From Octopus sinensis (taxonomy: Eukaryota): DNA of 64,000 bases. Positions within the stretch are counted from its first letter, which is position 1, and the number at the start of each line of letters is the position of its first letter. A program made the translations under genes and the position numbers. The notes beneath the pieces were generated by a model that worked only from the letters and a program-made list of their open reading frames with translations, was not told the DNA's origin and did not search any database. Of the stretch, positions 41,746-53,100 are shown piece by piece. Where the stretch lies: assembly GCF_006345805.1 (NCBI RefSeq), contig NC_042998.1:115568001-115632000 (forward strand), written 5' to 3'.

Positions 41746-42782
41746 GCGTAGGAGTGGCTGTGTGGTAAGTAGCTCGCTAACTTTCGACGTGTTCGGACGT
41801 GTTTTTTGGCTGCTGCCGGATGTCACGTCTTTCAGCGTGAATTATTGAATTTTGAGGCTCGACTACAGGTTGGTGTCTGTTGTATTTTTTTCGGGGCTTA
41901 GTGAAGTTTATTGCTCTGTATTTATTATTTTTTGGAGAGTAATAGACTCCACTTTGCTCCAGACATTTTCCTGCTTGTGGTCGAGCGTAAAGACTCACTT
42001 TGCAGTGAGAATTGTGGTTTTTGAGGAGGCGGAGCCCCTCCTCAAATATTAATTGCCTTTGTGTTGGATTTACCAAGAAGCACCAAGGATAACCAAGGAG
42101 AAACAATATGTGGTCCTCTTCTACAAAGGAGGAACGCTTTGTAGATAGGTAAAATGAGAAGGAGAGGCCAATGGGAGAGACTTCGGTCCTGCACGGAGGA
42201 CCCCGAGTGGCCTTCGGAGGTGGCTGCGGAGGTCCTATTGGATAACGATCTGTGCAGGATCGCGAATTCCTTCCCGGAGGACTCCTTTCAATTTATACCT
42301 GTATGGTACGGCCTGACAAAGAATGATTGCCTCAATGAAGCAATAGCGCTGGTCGAACGGGTGACTTGAACTTTTTGAATGTTTTAAAAAGGAAAATTGT
42401 ATCATATTGAGAAAGAGGTTCATTGCCTCATTGTGACTTTTGTGAAATTTGTGACTTTTTGAATTTTTTGAAAAAAGAACATTGTCTTAGAGAAGCGGAA
42501 GTCGGCGGGCGCTTTCGTCTTCTCCCGTCACCATCTTCGTTCCATCACCATCATTCATACCATCAATATCTACGTCCAGCCCGCAAAGCCACATCTATGT
42601 ACTGCCTTCATGGCAAATTTAATGAATAAAAGTAGCTTGCTTACCAACCACATGTTTCTGGGTTCAGTGCCACTGCATGGTACCTTGGGCAAGTGTCTTC
42701 TCCGGCCGACCAAAGCTTTGTGAGTGGATTTGGTGGACGGAAACTGAAAGAAGCCTGTCGTATATATATATATATATATATA

Positions 42783-42825
<43 letters not shown>

Positions 42826-43012
42826 TCTGTGTTCCCCCCACAACATTGCTTGACAACCGTGTTGTTATGTCCTCCTAACTTAGCGGTTCGGCGAAAGAGA
42901 CCGATAGAATAAGTACTAGGCTTACAAAGAATAAGTCCTGGGGTCGATTTGCTCGACTAAAGGCGGTGCTCCAGCATGGCCACAGTCAAATGACTTGAAA
43001 CTAGTAAAAGAG
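41746..43012 (+). mobile_element. SINE family A split by an 848-bp retroposed insert (41782-42629)
   Basis: 15-bp duplication AAGTAGCT(C/T)GCT(A/T)AC at 41767-41781 and 42630-42644; insert ends AATGAATAA. Confidence 0.85.
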
Positions 43013-43954
43013 TTGTGCGGCAGATGACAGAGACCTAATGCTGATGTTACGTTTGTAAAACGCTGTGCTTTAGATCCTACGGTGTTAAGTGGATATTACA
43101 AAAACTGCGTCGGATTTTTCGTCAAAAGTTCCGAGTTTCAGATCCATAGAAAAGCACAATAGCCGTAACAAAAAGAACAAGAGCGGCAGCAGCAGCGGCG
43201 GCAGTAGTAGCAGCAACAACAACCACAACAACAACAACAATCACGACTATACCTTGAAAACGTTTAGATTTCAAACGTTTTATGGTAATGCTGATAGGGT
43301 TTCAGGCGGGGATTACTGGTCGTTTTATTTGTTAGAAATAGCAGCCAAAACCTCGCACATTTTACACAATACCATATTTGAACAAAAATTGAAGCACGCA
43401 TTACACAAATTCTTCCTATATATTCCTACAAGAATGGACGGCCGTTTCTGGAACATTTCTTTCATCGTGGTCTTGCAGCACAAAATTTAAAATAATGATA
43501 GATAAGTAAAATAAAACAATAACAGCAGAAAAATAAGCAATGATGAATTAACTTTAAATTCCGCTTTAAGCAATTCTGGTATATCAAATCCGATTGTTTC
43601 ATAACATGATTTCTTCGGTTTTAATTGCACTTTCTTAACGATTAAAACTTATAGTTCATAGAGTTAAGAAACTACAGCGTTCAAGGGAGATAACTTTTGC
43701 AAAATTATAAGGGAGAGAACTAAGGATGCTTTAGTATGAACTAATTGTTTAGTGCTACGTTAAGTCTGATTGATGATGAAAGACATTCCTCCCATGATCA
43801 TTGCGACTTTTTGTTGAGAGATAGTATAGTCATGACTACAAACCAGTATACCTTCCTTCTTTTTCTGGGATAATAGAGTGCATTATTATTTCCAGCAGCT
43901 CCTACCATCCTTACGAAAAAGAAACTGGAAAGGAAGATATATTTTACATTTATT

Positions 43955-44292
43955 TTGTTTACGTGTTTCAGTCATTAGACTGCGGCCATGCTGTGGCATT
44001 GCCTTGAAGTAATATTTATCATTATTTACTTATTCTATCAATTTCTTTTGCCGAACCGCTTGGCTATGGGGACCTAAACACACCAACACAGGTTGTCAAG
44101 CGGTGGCGGATTACACACACGCACACACACGCATATGCGCGCGCGCGCGCGCGCACACACACATACACACACACACACTCACAGACGCACTCATAAGGCA
44201 TTAGTCGGCCCGAGGCTAAAGTAGAACACACTTACCCAAGGTGCCACACAGTGGGATTGAACCCGGGCAGAAACTCCTTACCGCAGAGCCAC
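43955..44292 (-). mobile_element. SINE family A
   Basis: Reverse complement of tail and head with internal (CA)/(CG) repeat. Confidence 0.75.
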
Positions 44293-44558
44293 AACGATTT
44301 CTAAAATTTCTAAACTCATTTCTCGATAAATAAAATGCTAGCTAAAGAATGGTATAAAATTTTGTGTGCAGAATATATGGTACGTAATTATAATTTCAGA
44401 AAATAATTTCAAGTGAATTTTAGAAATATTCTCTCACTAGCAGTATAACCCGGCCTTGCCCGGGATTAAGTTACGATTATTAAGCTAATCAAGTTCTTTA
44501 TTTCAAACCAAACTAAGTAATATCAACGTCAAATTTGGGCAAAATCCGTTGAAATTGG

Positions 44559-44620
<62 letters not shown>

Positions 44621-44626
<6 letters not shown>

Positions 44627-44810
44627 ATAGAAGGAGCTTCTACAGGACTAGAACTGTTTCATTCAAATGAAATCATCAGGAAGATGATTTCATTTGAATG
44701 AAACAGTTCTAGTCCTGTAGAAGCTCCTTCTATAAAATAAATTAATTTACTCTGCTATGTATTGAGTACCTTATTTACTGTGGTTAACCCCGACTCAACC
44801 CGGGACCTAC
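44621..44810. mobile_element. Perfect 57-bp fold-back hammerhead element inside (TA)n
   Basis: Arms 44621-44677 / 44683-44739 are exact reverse complements; loop AGGAA; (TA)n on both sides. Confidence 0.9.
44637..44683 (-). ncRNA. Type-I hammerhead ribozyme, intact core
   Basis: cttc CTGATGA t ttc attt gaa t GAAAC ag ttctagtc ct GTA gaag: stem I cttc/gaag, stem III acag/ctgt, GUA site. Confidence 0.8.
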
Positions 44811-46250
44811 ATATATATATATATATATAATATAATATAATATAATATAATATAAATATATATGGGCAACAGACACGAACACACATGTGTGCACGTACAC
44901 CTATTGCATGTTTTGTGCATGTTCATAAACAGAAATGAATGGGAAAATGTCGTTAAATTTGTAGACTAACACTCGCACGATTTTCACTAACAAAAATAAT
45001 GGGGGGGGGGGTTGCGTGGAATCAACTACTCTGGCCTCCTAATATGATACAAAACCCTTTTTGTGGTCCGTGAAACGGAGTGGGTGTGGTGGAAACCTCG
45101 GAAATGGTACCCATTTATATTGTGCAATTCACTGACAAATTGCTACTCACCTCTTTGTTTCTTTGTTGTTAAATAAATGGATTGTCAACAAAACACTTTT
45201 TTACTCGGCGTAAAATAAAAACAAAACTCTTTCGCACCCAAAGTAATGTGTGTGAGAGAGAGAGGGGGGAAGATGAACGATTTCAAATAAATAAATGATT
45301 TAAAATAAATATATTGTAATCGTTCTGAGAGAAAGTATATATAAAGTATAGTGTCTTTCAAAAACATCCTGAATTTGAACACTATATCTCGTGTTTAAGA
45401 AAAGACAAAACATTTTACATTTTATATTTTATGAACGTCGTCACTTACTCTCTCACCCTATCTCACTTTGTCTTTCTCGTGAAACTTTCTGCTTCTCTTC
45501 CACTTTTCTTTATCTTGTTTTTTTTTGTTAGACGCCGTCAAAAAGCTATGGCAGAAAAAAGATTTTTACCGCTAAAATTTATGGCTAAAAATAGATTTTT
45601 ACAGCTATCCGCGGGTTCCTCAGGAAAAAGTAAGTTGACAAAACCCAGTTAGGATGTTGACGAATGTCCTAAAATTTGAGAGACATGCGTGCTAATTCGT
45701 GGATGTGCATAAACTACAATCACGTACACACACACACACACACACGTCTTGCCGTATATATATATACAGATATATATAACTATATATGTATTCCCAACCA
45801 CATGGTTCTGGATTCAGTACTATTGCGTGACACCTTGGGCAAGTGTCTTCTGCTATAGACTCGGGTCGACCAAGGACTTGTGAGTATATCTGGTTGACGT
45901 AAACTGTAAGAAGCCCGTTTTATATATGTATATATATAATTATAGTATATTGTGTGTATATATACATACACAGATGCTCGCGTGTGCATACACACACTTA
46001 CACACATGTATACATATCTACTTACACACACACACACACGCACATCCACTCACACCATACGTATAAATATATATATTCACACACAAATTTAAAAAAGAGG
46101 AGCTTATTAGCAATTAAATAAAGGCGATTTTATAGAGGTAAAAAAAGCGACAGATGGTACTGACTAGCACAGTTTTTGTTAAAATAACTGAAAGCCACAA
46201 GAGCACTGAACTTAATGACTGATAAAGAGAGGTAAGTCCTCAGCGTGCAT

Positions 46251-46306
46251 AGCCGGATCGCAATTTCAGATTTTGATGCAGGCCATCTTAATCTTCATCA
46301 GCGACT
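46251..46306 (-). ncRNA. Type-I hammerhead ribozyme, intact core
   Basis: agtcg CTGATGA agatt aa gatg gcctg catc aa aatct GAAAT tgcg ATC cggct: 5-bp stems I and II, AUC site. Confidence 0.82.
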
Positions 46307-46474
46307 CTTAAAACCTAGAGTTAAACAAATTCAAACAATCTTTTATTAATTCATTATATTTTTGATTGAGAGTTTGAAAAAGATGCTGATATTTTGTAGT
46401 TCGTCTGAGAATGTTGATATTGAACACACACACAAATACATACATATATTTATATATACAAATATATATATATT

Positions 46475-46845
46475 TTGAAAAATTTCCCCAAAGATCCTTC
46501 AAAAATTTTTTTTTTATTTTTCAGAAATTTTGGGGAAAACTTTCAAAAAATTTTCAGAAATTTGGGGGGAAAATTTTCAAAAAAGTTTTCTAAAATTTTT
46601 GGGAAATTTTCCAAAAAATTTTGAATGACTTTTGGGTAAAATTTTTTTTTTTTCAAAAACCTTTTTCCAAAAATTTTTCAGAAATTTTTCAAAAATTTTT
46701 GGGTAAAACTTTCGAAAAATTTTTCAAAAATTTTGGTTAAAATTTTCAAAAAATTTTTCAAAAATATTGGGGAAAATTTTCAAAAAATTTTCATAAAATT
46801 TTTCAAAAATTTTTTCTAAAATTTTGGGGAAAATTTTCAACAATT
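46475..46845. repeat. Degenerate A-tract/T-tract minisatellite (TTTTCAAAAAATTTT / GGGGAAAA units)
   Basis: Visible tandem self-complementary units. Confidence 0.8.
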
Positions 46846-47556
46846 GTCAAACAATAAAAATATATACAATTAAATGAGAATGAGTGATTAACAACAAATG
46901 AAGCGGAGGACGCGGTTGACTCCACAAACCACACACTCACGCCGAAGACTTTGCTTTCTCCTTTTTTACATTCTCGTTTAAACAAGTTCTTTCACTCGCA
47001 ACATACTTGTTATATACTTCCATCTTTTACGAAACCTCACTTTGCGACAGGCATTTCTTCTCCAGCCTTATTTTCCGTTTCATGTGGAAAACGAAAAAGT
47101 CGATTAGCTCGAGACTGGAGATGAACATGTTGTAATTCCTTTCACTCTCGTCTTTCACAGCAACTACCGAGAGAAAACAGGCTCGCTCCTCCCTATTCAG
47201 GGAGGTCGGCGGAACGATCTTAATTACAGATTCGCTCGACAGTTGTACTCTTAATGAAAAAAGAGAAACAGAGAGTGCCTGTCTGTTATTGAAATTAAAT
47301 TCTGTTGACCGTGGTTGATAATTTTTAGCAACAGTAAAGCCACGATGAAAGTTATTGCACAGTCCTACCTATTTTATGTAGGACGACCACGTTCATATTA
47401 TTTGTCTGTAGTTTAATATATTTGTTTAATTGGATGAGAATTTCGTTGCAATTGAGAGCAAATGTGGTGACATATTTAGTCATTTCAAATAAGGTTTATC
47501 TAATCTCCAGTCGTTCCAATTTGTCGTCACGTATTCAGACACTCATTCACACACAC

Positions 47557-47612
<56 letters not shown>

Positions 47613-47669
47613 GTAAGTATATCTTATGTTCTATATATATATATTGGTATTTGTGTGCTATCTGAGTAT

Positions 47670-47728
47670 ATTCCACTGATGAAGGCAGAAAATTTCTTAT
47701 GCATAGCCAGAAATCCGGGATATGGAAT
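47670..47728 (+). ncRNA. Type-I hammerhead ribozyme, intact core (copy 1)
   Basis: attcca CTGATGA a ggc...gcc a GAAAT ccggg ATA tggaat. Confidence 0.8.
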
Positions 47729-48157
47729 TATACAGTAATTTTTTTGCTAGTTTATTTTGTCTCTTTGTCTTGTCTCCTGGTGCTGTATGAACATTTAATG
47801 CGATTTTAGAGTCAAGTTTTGACTGCTATTTCCAGCGTGGTTGTATCTCTTAGATACCCTAAATTATTATTTTGATAATTATTATTACCTTTGAAGGTTT
47901 TTATTCCCATGCTGGCCAACTGATCGGTATTTAAATATTGATCTTATCCTTATTTATATAAATTTATATATTTAATTCGTCATTATATATTTAATTCGTC
48001 ATTTAATTTGTCATTATATATTTATTTCGCAAATGCGGTGGTATTTTGACCATATCGCACGAGGAGTTTTAGGCTGGCAATTTAAACTGGTCGTGTGTTT
48101 ACGTGCAAGTATATGTATGTATACGTTCGTATATGTAAGTGTATTGTATGTTGTATG

Positions 48158-48190
<33 letters not shown>

Positions 48191-48235
48191 TATATAATAT
48201 ATATATATATATGTATTTATGTGCTATCTGTGTAT

Positions 48236-48293
48236 ATTCCACTGATGAAGGCAGAGCATTTCTTATGCTGAATCAGAAATCCGGATCTGGAAT
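48236..48293 (+). ncRNA. Type-I hammerhead ribozyme, intact core (copy 2)
   Basis: attcca CTGATGA aggcag agcat ttctt atgct gaatca GAAAT CCGG ATC tggaat; palindromic stem III ATCCGGAT. Confidence 0.8.
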
Positions 48294-48434
48294 TATCCAG
48301 TAATTTTTTGCTAGTTTATTTTATCTCTTTGTCTTCTCTCCTGGTGCTGTATGAACATTTAATGTGGTTTTAGAGTCACGTTTTGACTGCTATTTCCAGC
48401 GTGGTGGTATCTCTTAGATACCCTAAATTCTAAT

Positions 48435-48468
<34 letters not shown>

Positions 48469-48908
48469 ATATATGTATATATAAACACAAACATACACAC
48501 ACACATACACGCGCACACGGACATGTAGATAGTTTGATGAATAGATTAGTGCTTGTGGTGCATGCCCGTAACGTTAATTTACGTTCTCTTCCATTAAACC
48601 ATGAAGCCAATAATTCATGAGGTGCAGACACAATGGCAAAAGTCCAAACGAAAGCATATCTAAATCGTAATACATTTTGACAGATTTGAACTGGAATATT
48701 CAATCACTGTTTTTTTGGCGTCTTTGGAGATATCCTACCTCCCTTTAAATGTTATGTGTTCATAACAGGATTTATCGATGTAATGGGACTTCGAGACATT
48801 GCGGTGTTTTAACCTCATTTTGTGTCTTCTCTGTCAAAGGTACCCCGCCAGACCGATGAATCTTAATAAGAGCAGAAGCACTTGTTTATAGGAATCAGAA
48901 ACGAATTA

Positions 48909-49133
48909 CAGTAATCCCTCACCATATCGCAGTTCACCTATCACGTTTCGCCTATTGCGTTTATTATTTAAGCTTACGTCGATTCCGTGGTGTTGTTCTG
49001 CATTTATAATAAAATAAATATAAACAAATTATTTAAAAAAATAAAACAGTAGAGTATTGTTTCTATTTTGTGGATTTTCACCTATCGCGGGTGGTTTTGG
49101 AACAGAACACCCGCGAAAGTCGAGGGATTGTTG
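48909..49133. mobile_element. pogo/Tigger-type MITE
   Basis: TA|CAGTAATCCCTC ... GAGGGATTGTTG ends; subterminal TTCACCTATC(A/G)CG repeats and CGCGGGTG/CACCCGCG hairpin. Confidence 0.65.
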
Positions 49134-50995
49134 CATGTACCTCTGCCTGCAAATGTCTGCAAACACATAATACCCCATGCAGTATTTGGACTAGCACGTG
49201 AACTCCATGAATTATTATCTCTTTGGCAGATATCAGCAAGCTTCGACAATGGTAGCTTTGTCTGAGGAGACGCATAATGCCGTTTAAACACCCATTTCAA
49301 AAGTGAATCACACGTTAATGACCTGACATCGTCTAAAGGGAAATGGTGTTCTTCGATGATACAAGCAACTATGATCGGAGATTCACGTTCGAATCTGCCA
49401 GAACATATTAAGAATGAATGAAAATACTTGTGAAGATAATACCTTACTCGTTAAATCGTGTTCCTCCTGTTTGGGCGTTTATTGTTCAATATATTTACAC
49501 TATGTGTATGTATGTGCTTGTACACACACGCACACACACACAAATACAGACACACACACACACATACACACACAACTGTTTCTATGTATAAAGTAGTCAG
49601 TAATCGTCAGTGTATACATCCGCTCAAAAACTCATGAACGGAGACGCCTAAAGAAAAACTAAGCCCAGATTCGTTATCAGCTGGAAAAAAAATATCTAAA
49701 AGAATAAAATCGCTTGCGTCCACTATGGCCCAGAAAATTTCTCTCCCCCACCCCCAAAATCTGCTTGTGGTTATTCCAGATAACGACATGAAATTTGATA
49801 TGCCACTTAATAGTTTGCTGATAATCTAATGACTTTTTTGCTAGCCTTGTAGGTGTTCTATGTACAGAGAGAACAGAATTTTTAATAGGAGCAGAATGTC
49901 TTTAAGAGTAAAAGAATTTTTAGTAGGAGCAGACTATTTTTAAGGGGACACAGAATTTTTAGGAGATGCATAAAGTTTTCAGTAGGAGCAGAAAATTTTG
50001 TTCAGAACATTTTGAGAATGAGCAGAAAATATTTAAGAGGGTTAAAAAATCTTTTTATTTTCTATTAAGAGCAGAAAAACTTTTAAGTAGTTCCCAATTT
50101 TTGTAGGGCTTAAAACTTTTTATGTACAGACAATTTTTTACGAAGAACAAACATTTTTTAGAAAGACAAAACTTTTTATAGAAATACGTATAGAAATTTG
50201 AAAATTTGTATTTGGGGTGAGAAAATTAAAAAAAAATTTTGATTTTAAATTTGTATAAAGAAATATTATATTGATATTGATAGTGTAAATAAAGTTATTG
50301 ATTTGTTTAAAGATTTATAGTGATTTTATGCTATAGCTATACTGTTTTTTAAAAAATAAAGTTAAGAATTCAAGTTAAATCGATATCATGTGAGATAGTT
50401 TTTCATTATTTTTCTAGCATAAGTGTTTTTTTCTCATTGCTTGATTTACTTTATTGTTTTGTAAAACAAATTCTGATTTTATATATAAGTAAATTTGGTA
50501 GCTATGTCAAATAGTTTTTAAAAGATTAGATTCTATATCTTCACAAATATAAAACAATCGCCTGTGTGTGCCTGTAATCATGCGTACGTGTTCGCTCGAA
50601 AAGCTCGACAACAGGTCGCCACAGAGAACAATTAAGGCCAGATTTATAATTTGGAAATCAGATAAAACTTTTTATTCTGTTTTCAACCATGATTTCTAGA
50701 AAGAGGAGATTCTGGATTTTGAAACCTTTCATGGATTTCCAAGTTTTATCGAATGGATGCACTTCTGCATGAAATAAACGAGAGAGTAAAGTTAGTAACG
50801 AGGTCAATAAATAATAAAATTATCAGATTTAATTTATTAATAAAACAAATTTATTTAACATGGCTTAATTTTACTTTAATTAATGGTAGATGAAAATCAA
50901 ATTATTGCGGGACATTTTAATCCGGCACCAAGGGTGTATGTATGTATGCATGTATGTATGTTTATGTATATGTATGTGTGTGTGTGCGTGTATGT

Positions 50996-51046
<51 letters not shown>

Positions 51047-51524
51047 AACATATGGAACGATGAAAAAATTTAATATTCATCTTGACCCCAGAGGCACATT
51101 TAAATGCTGTTAAGCCTGGTTTCAATGACATTTACGCGACAGGGAATACAAGACACTCGTTGAAAGAGACCCCCAGTTCGTTGCTTAATGAACGGCCTAG
51201 ATGTTGCTGATAGTAACTATTAGCTGAGTTAACTGAAGCAAGGTGAAAAGAAGTACTTAACTCAAGCTAATGCACTGTTGGGCATTCTTCGACTTTTTCT
51301 ATCCAAAAGAGATTTTCAACCCTGTATTTACATGCAGTTACTTATAACTGTATGTGTGATTCGAGATTCCACTGTTTCACTCACACACACGCACACACAC
51401 ACTCATACACACATATGTATGTGTGTGTCTGTGTTTGTGTGCGTGTGTGTATTTATGTATGTATGTATGTATGTATGTATGTATGTATGTATGCATGCAT
51501 GTATGCATGTATGTATGAATAGAT

Positions 51525-51930
51525 AATTGAATTTCTACGTGAAAGATATGACATAATTTACTTATGGAAGATCCAAAAGGTCTAGTTCCTAACTTTGGAA
51601 TCGAAAGGTATACAAACCACCGAACTGGACGGCACTGCATACTACCAAAAATTCCGTCTTTTCCATCTACAATAAGGCTGCAGTTTTCCAGGCTCCACAA
51701 CTGTTCAATATTCTGTGAAACATTAGAGATTTACGAGGTTTAGATGTGTAGGTCTTCAAAGAGCGACTGGAGGAATTTTTGTCTGAGACACCAGATGAAA
51801 CCACATCGTGGAAGGAGGCACAAATAAGATGAGCTCCGTCCAACTCACTATCTCATCAAAAACTTTACAGATAAGAAACCCAAATACACTGAAAGGCTGT
51901 GCTCCAGCATGGAGTGAAGCCAGTAAAAAG
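51525..51930 (+). pseudogene. CR1/L2-like LINE 3' end
   Basis: GLVPNFGIERYTNHRTGRHCILPK, APQLFNIL, VFKERLEEFLSETPDE; 3' UTR AAAGGCTGTGCTCCAGCATGG. Confidence 0.75.
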
Positions 51931-52015
51931 TAAAATATATAGATGTATATATATCAGAAATTAAAAAGGAAAATACGCACACTTACACAGTTTTAATATA
52001 ATTTTTAATATATAT

Positions 52016-52063
<48 letters not shown>

Positions 52064-52078
52064 CACCTATATACATAC

Positions 52079-52133
<55 letters not shown>

Positions 52134-52424
52134 TATATATACATACATACATACAATCAATAACATGTATGTGTGAATGCGTGTTTATGTGTGTATATGT
52201 GCGTGTGTGCATATATGTATATAGTATTTAAGAAACATTAAACTATCATTAATTCATTTTTGATATACTCACCATTCAAATGATGAAGACTAAAAATAAT
52301 TTAAAAGTAAGTGAACGCAATAATGTAATTATCATTATTATTATTTTAAAAAACAAAGTATTCCTACCAATAGTTACACTAATCAAGCAATAAAGCCCAC
52401 CAAACATTTACATCCATCGAAAAA

Positions 52425-52732
52425 TTAACTGGCAGGACATCGGTACTTTTTGCTCAATTCATCTAATTTTCTACCGGCAAAATTTGTATAAGTCCTGTAA
52501 TATGTGTCTGATGGTAAGATTAACTGAATCTCGCGTTTTTCATGAGGATTTATGTAACCGATGACCAAATAATCTTTGCCCTTTATCAACTTGGGACAAT
52601 GGCAGCCCTTTGCCAAGTAAATGAATTCTCTCGACATCAGTGGTAAAGTGTAGCGGTAAAGTTTTCTCACGGCGACATCGTAGCGGACTTGGTTTTTCAC
52701 TTTACTCACAGACCTCACACTTATATGACTCA
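52425..52732 (-). CDS. ADAMTSL5: Terminal coding exon: NTR (UNC-6/NTR/C345C) domain, ADAMTS-like protein 5-like
   Basis: Acceptor tttcttctttcAG (AG at 52734-52733), phase 1, open to TAA at 52427-52425; RYDV..PLMSREFIY..CHCPKL..DYLVIG..QLILP..YYRTY..RCP parallels the ADAMTSL5 C-terminal NTR as I recall it; domain call firmer than orthology; upstream exons not found in window. Confidence 0.75.
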
Positions 52733-52765
52733 CTGAAAGAAGAAATAATAATAATAATAATAATG

Positions 52766-52817
<52 letters not shown>

Positions 52818-52821
52818 TAAC

Positions 52822-52856
<35 letters not shown>

Positions 52857-52857
<1 letters not shown>

Positions 52858-53068
52858 TTAGACAAATACATAACAAAAACACCAGGACTAAGAAGTATAT
52901 TGTAACATGCAGAAAATAGTACTACTAGACATCGCACACATCCTACGTAAAACACTTTCAATACAGTAAAAATAAGAGCACCACAACAAATCACAGCACA
53001 TACCCAAGGCACACAGAGTTGCGCTCGGTAATGCAGTGGAAGCACGTGGTAAATATAAGACTACTGAA
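52857..53068 (+). mobile_element. R4/Dong-like LINE 3' end inserted in (AAT)n
   Basis: DKYITKTPGL..MQKIVLLDIAHILRKTLSIQ* plus 3' UTR; (AAT)n on both sides. Confidence 0.8.
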
Positions 53069-53100
53069 TAACAACAACAACAACAACAATAATAATAATA

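Larger units (their letters stand above)
44437..45770 (+). mobile_element. Putative Helentron-associated (HINE/DINE-1-like) non-autonomous element
   Basis: 5' ACTAG...CCCGGCCTTGCCCGGG stem-loop; 3' AAATTTGA...(CA)n...TATATATA; boundaries uncertain. Confidence 0.35.
47647..48429 (+). mobile_element. Direct repeat (47647-47865 / 48213-48429), each copy with a hammerhead; retrozyme- or Penelope-pLTR-like
   Basis: ~218-bp copies about 90% identical by eye; predicted cleavage sites 565 nt apart. Confidence 0.85.

Noticed and set aside
48850-48890. CCGATGA a tctt aat aaga gca GAAGC motif
   Set aside because: Two core changes and no stem I
49608-50767. Possible MITE bounded by CAG..CATCC / GGATG..CTG
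   Set aside because: Terminal match too weak and no TSD
52733-53045. N-terminal half of the 206-aa ORF (apparent signal/TM poly-Leu)
   Set aside because: Antisense LINE 3' end plus (ATT)n upstream of a clear splice acceptor; intronic
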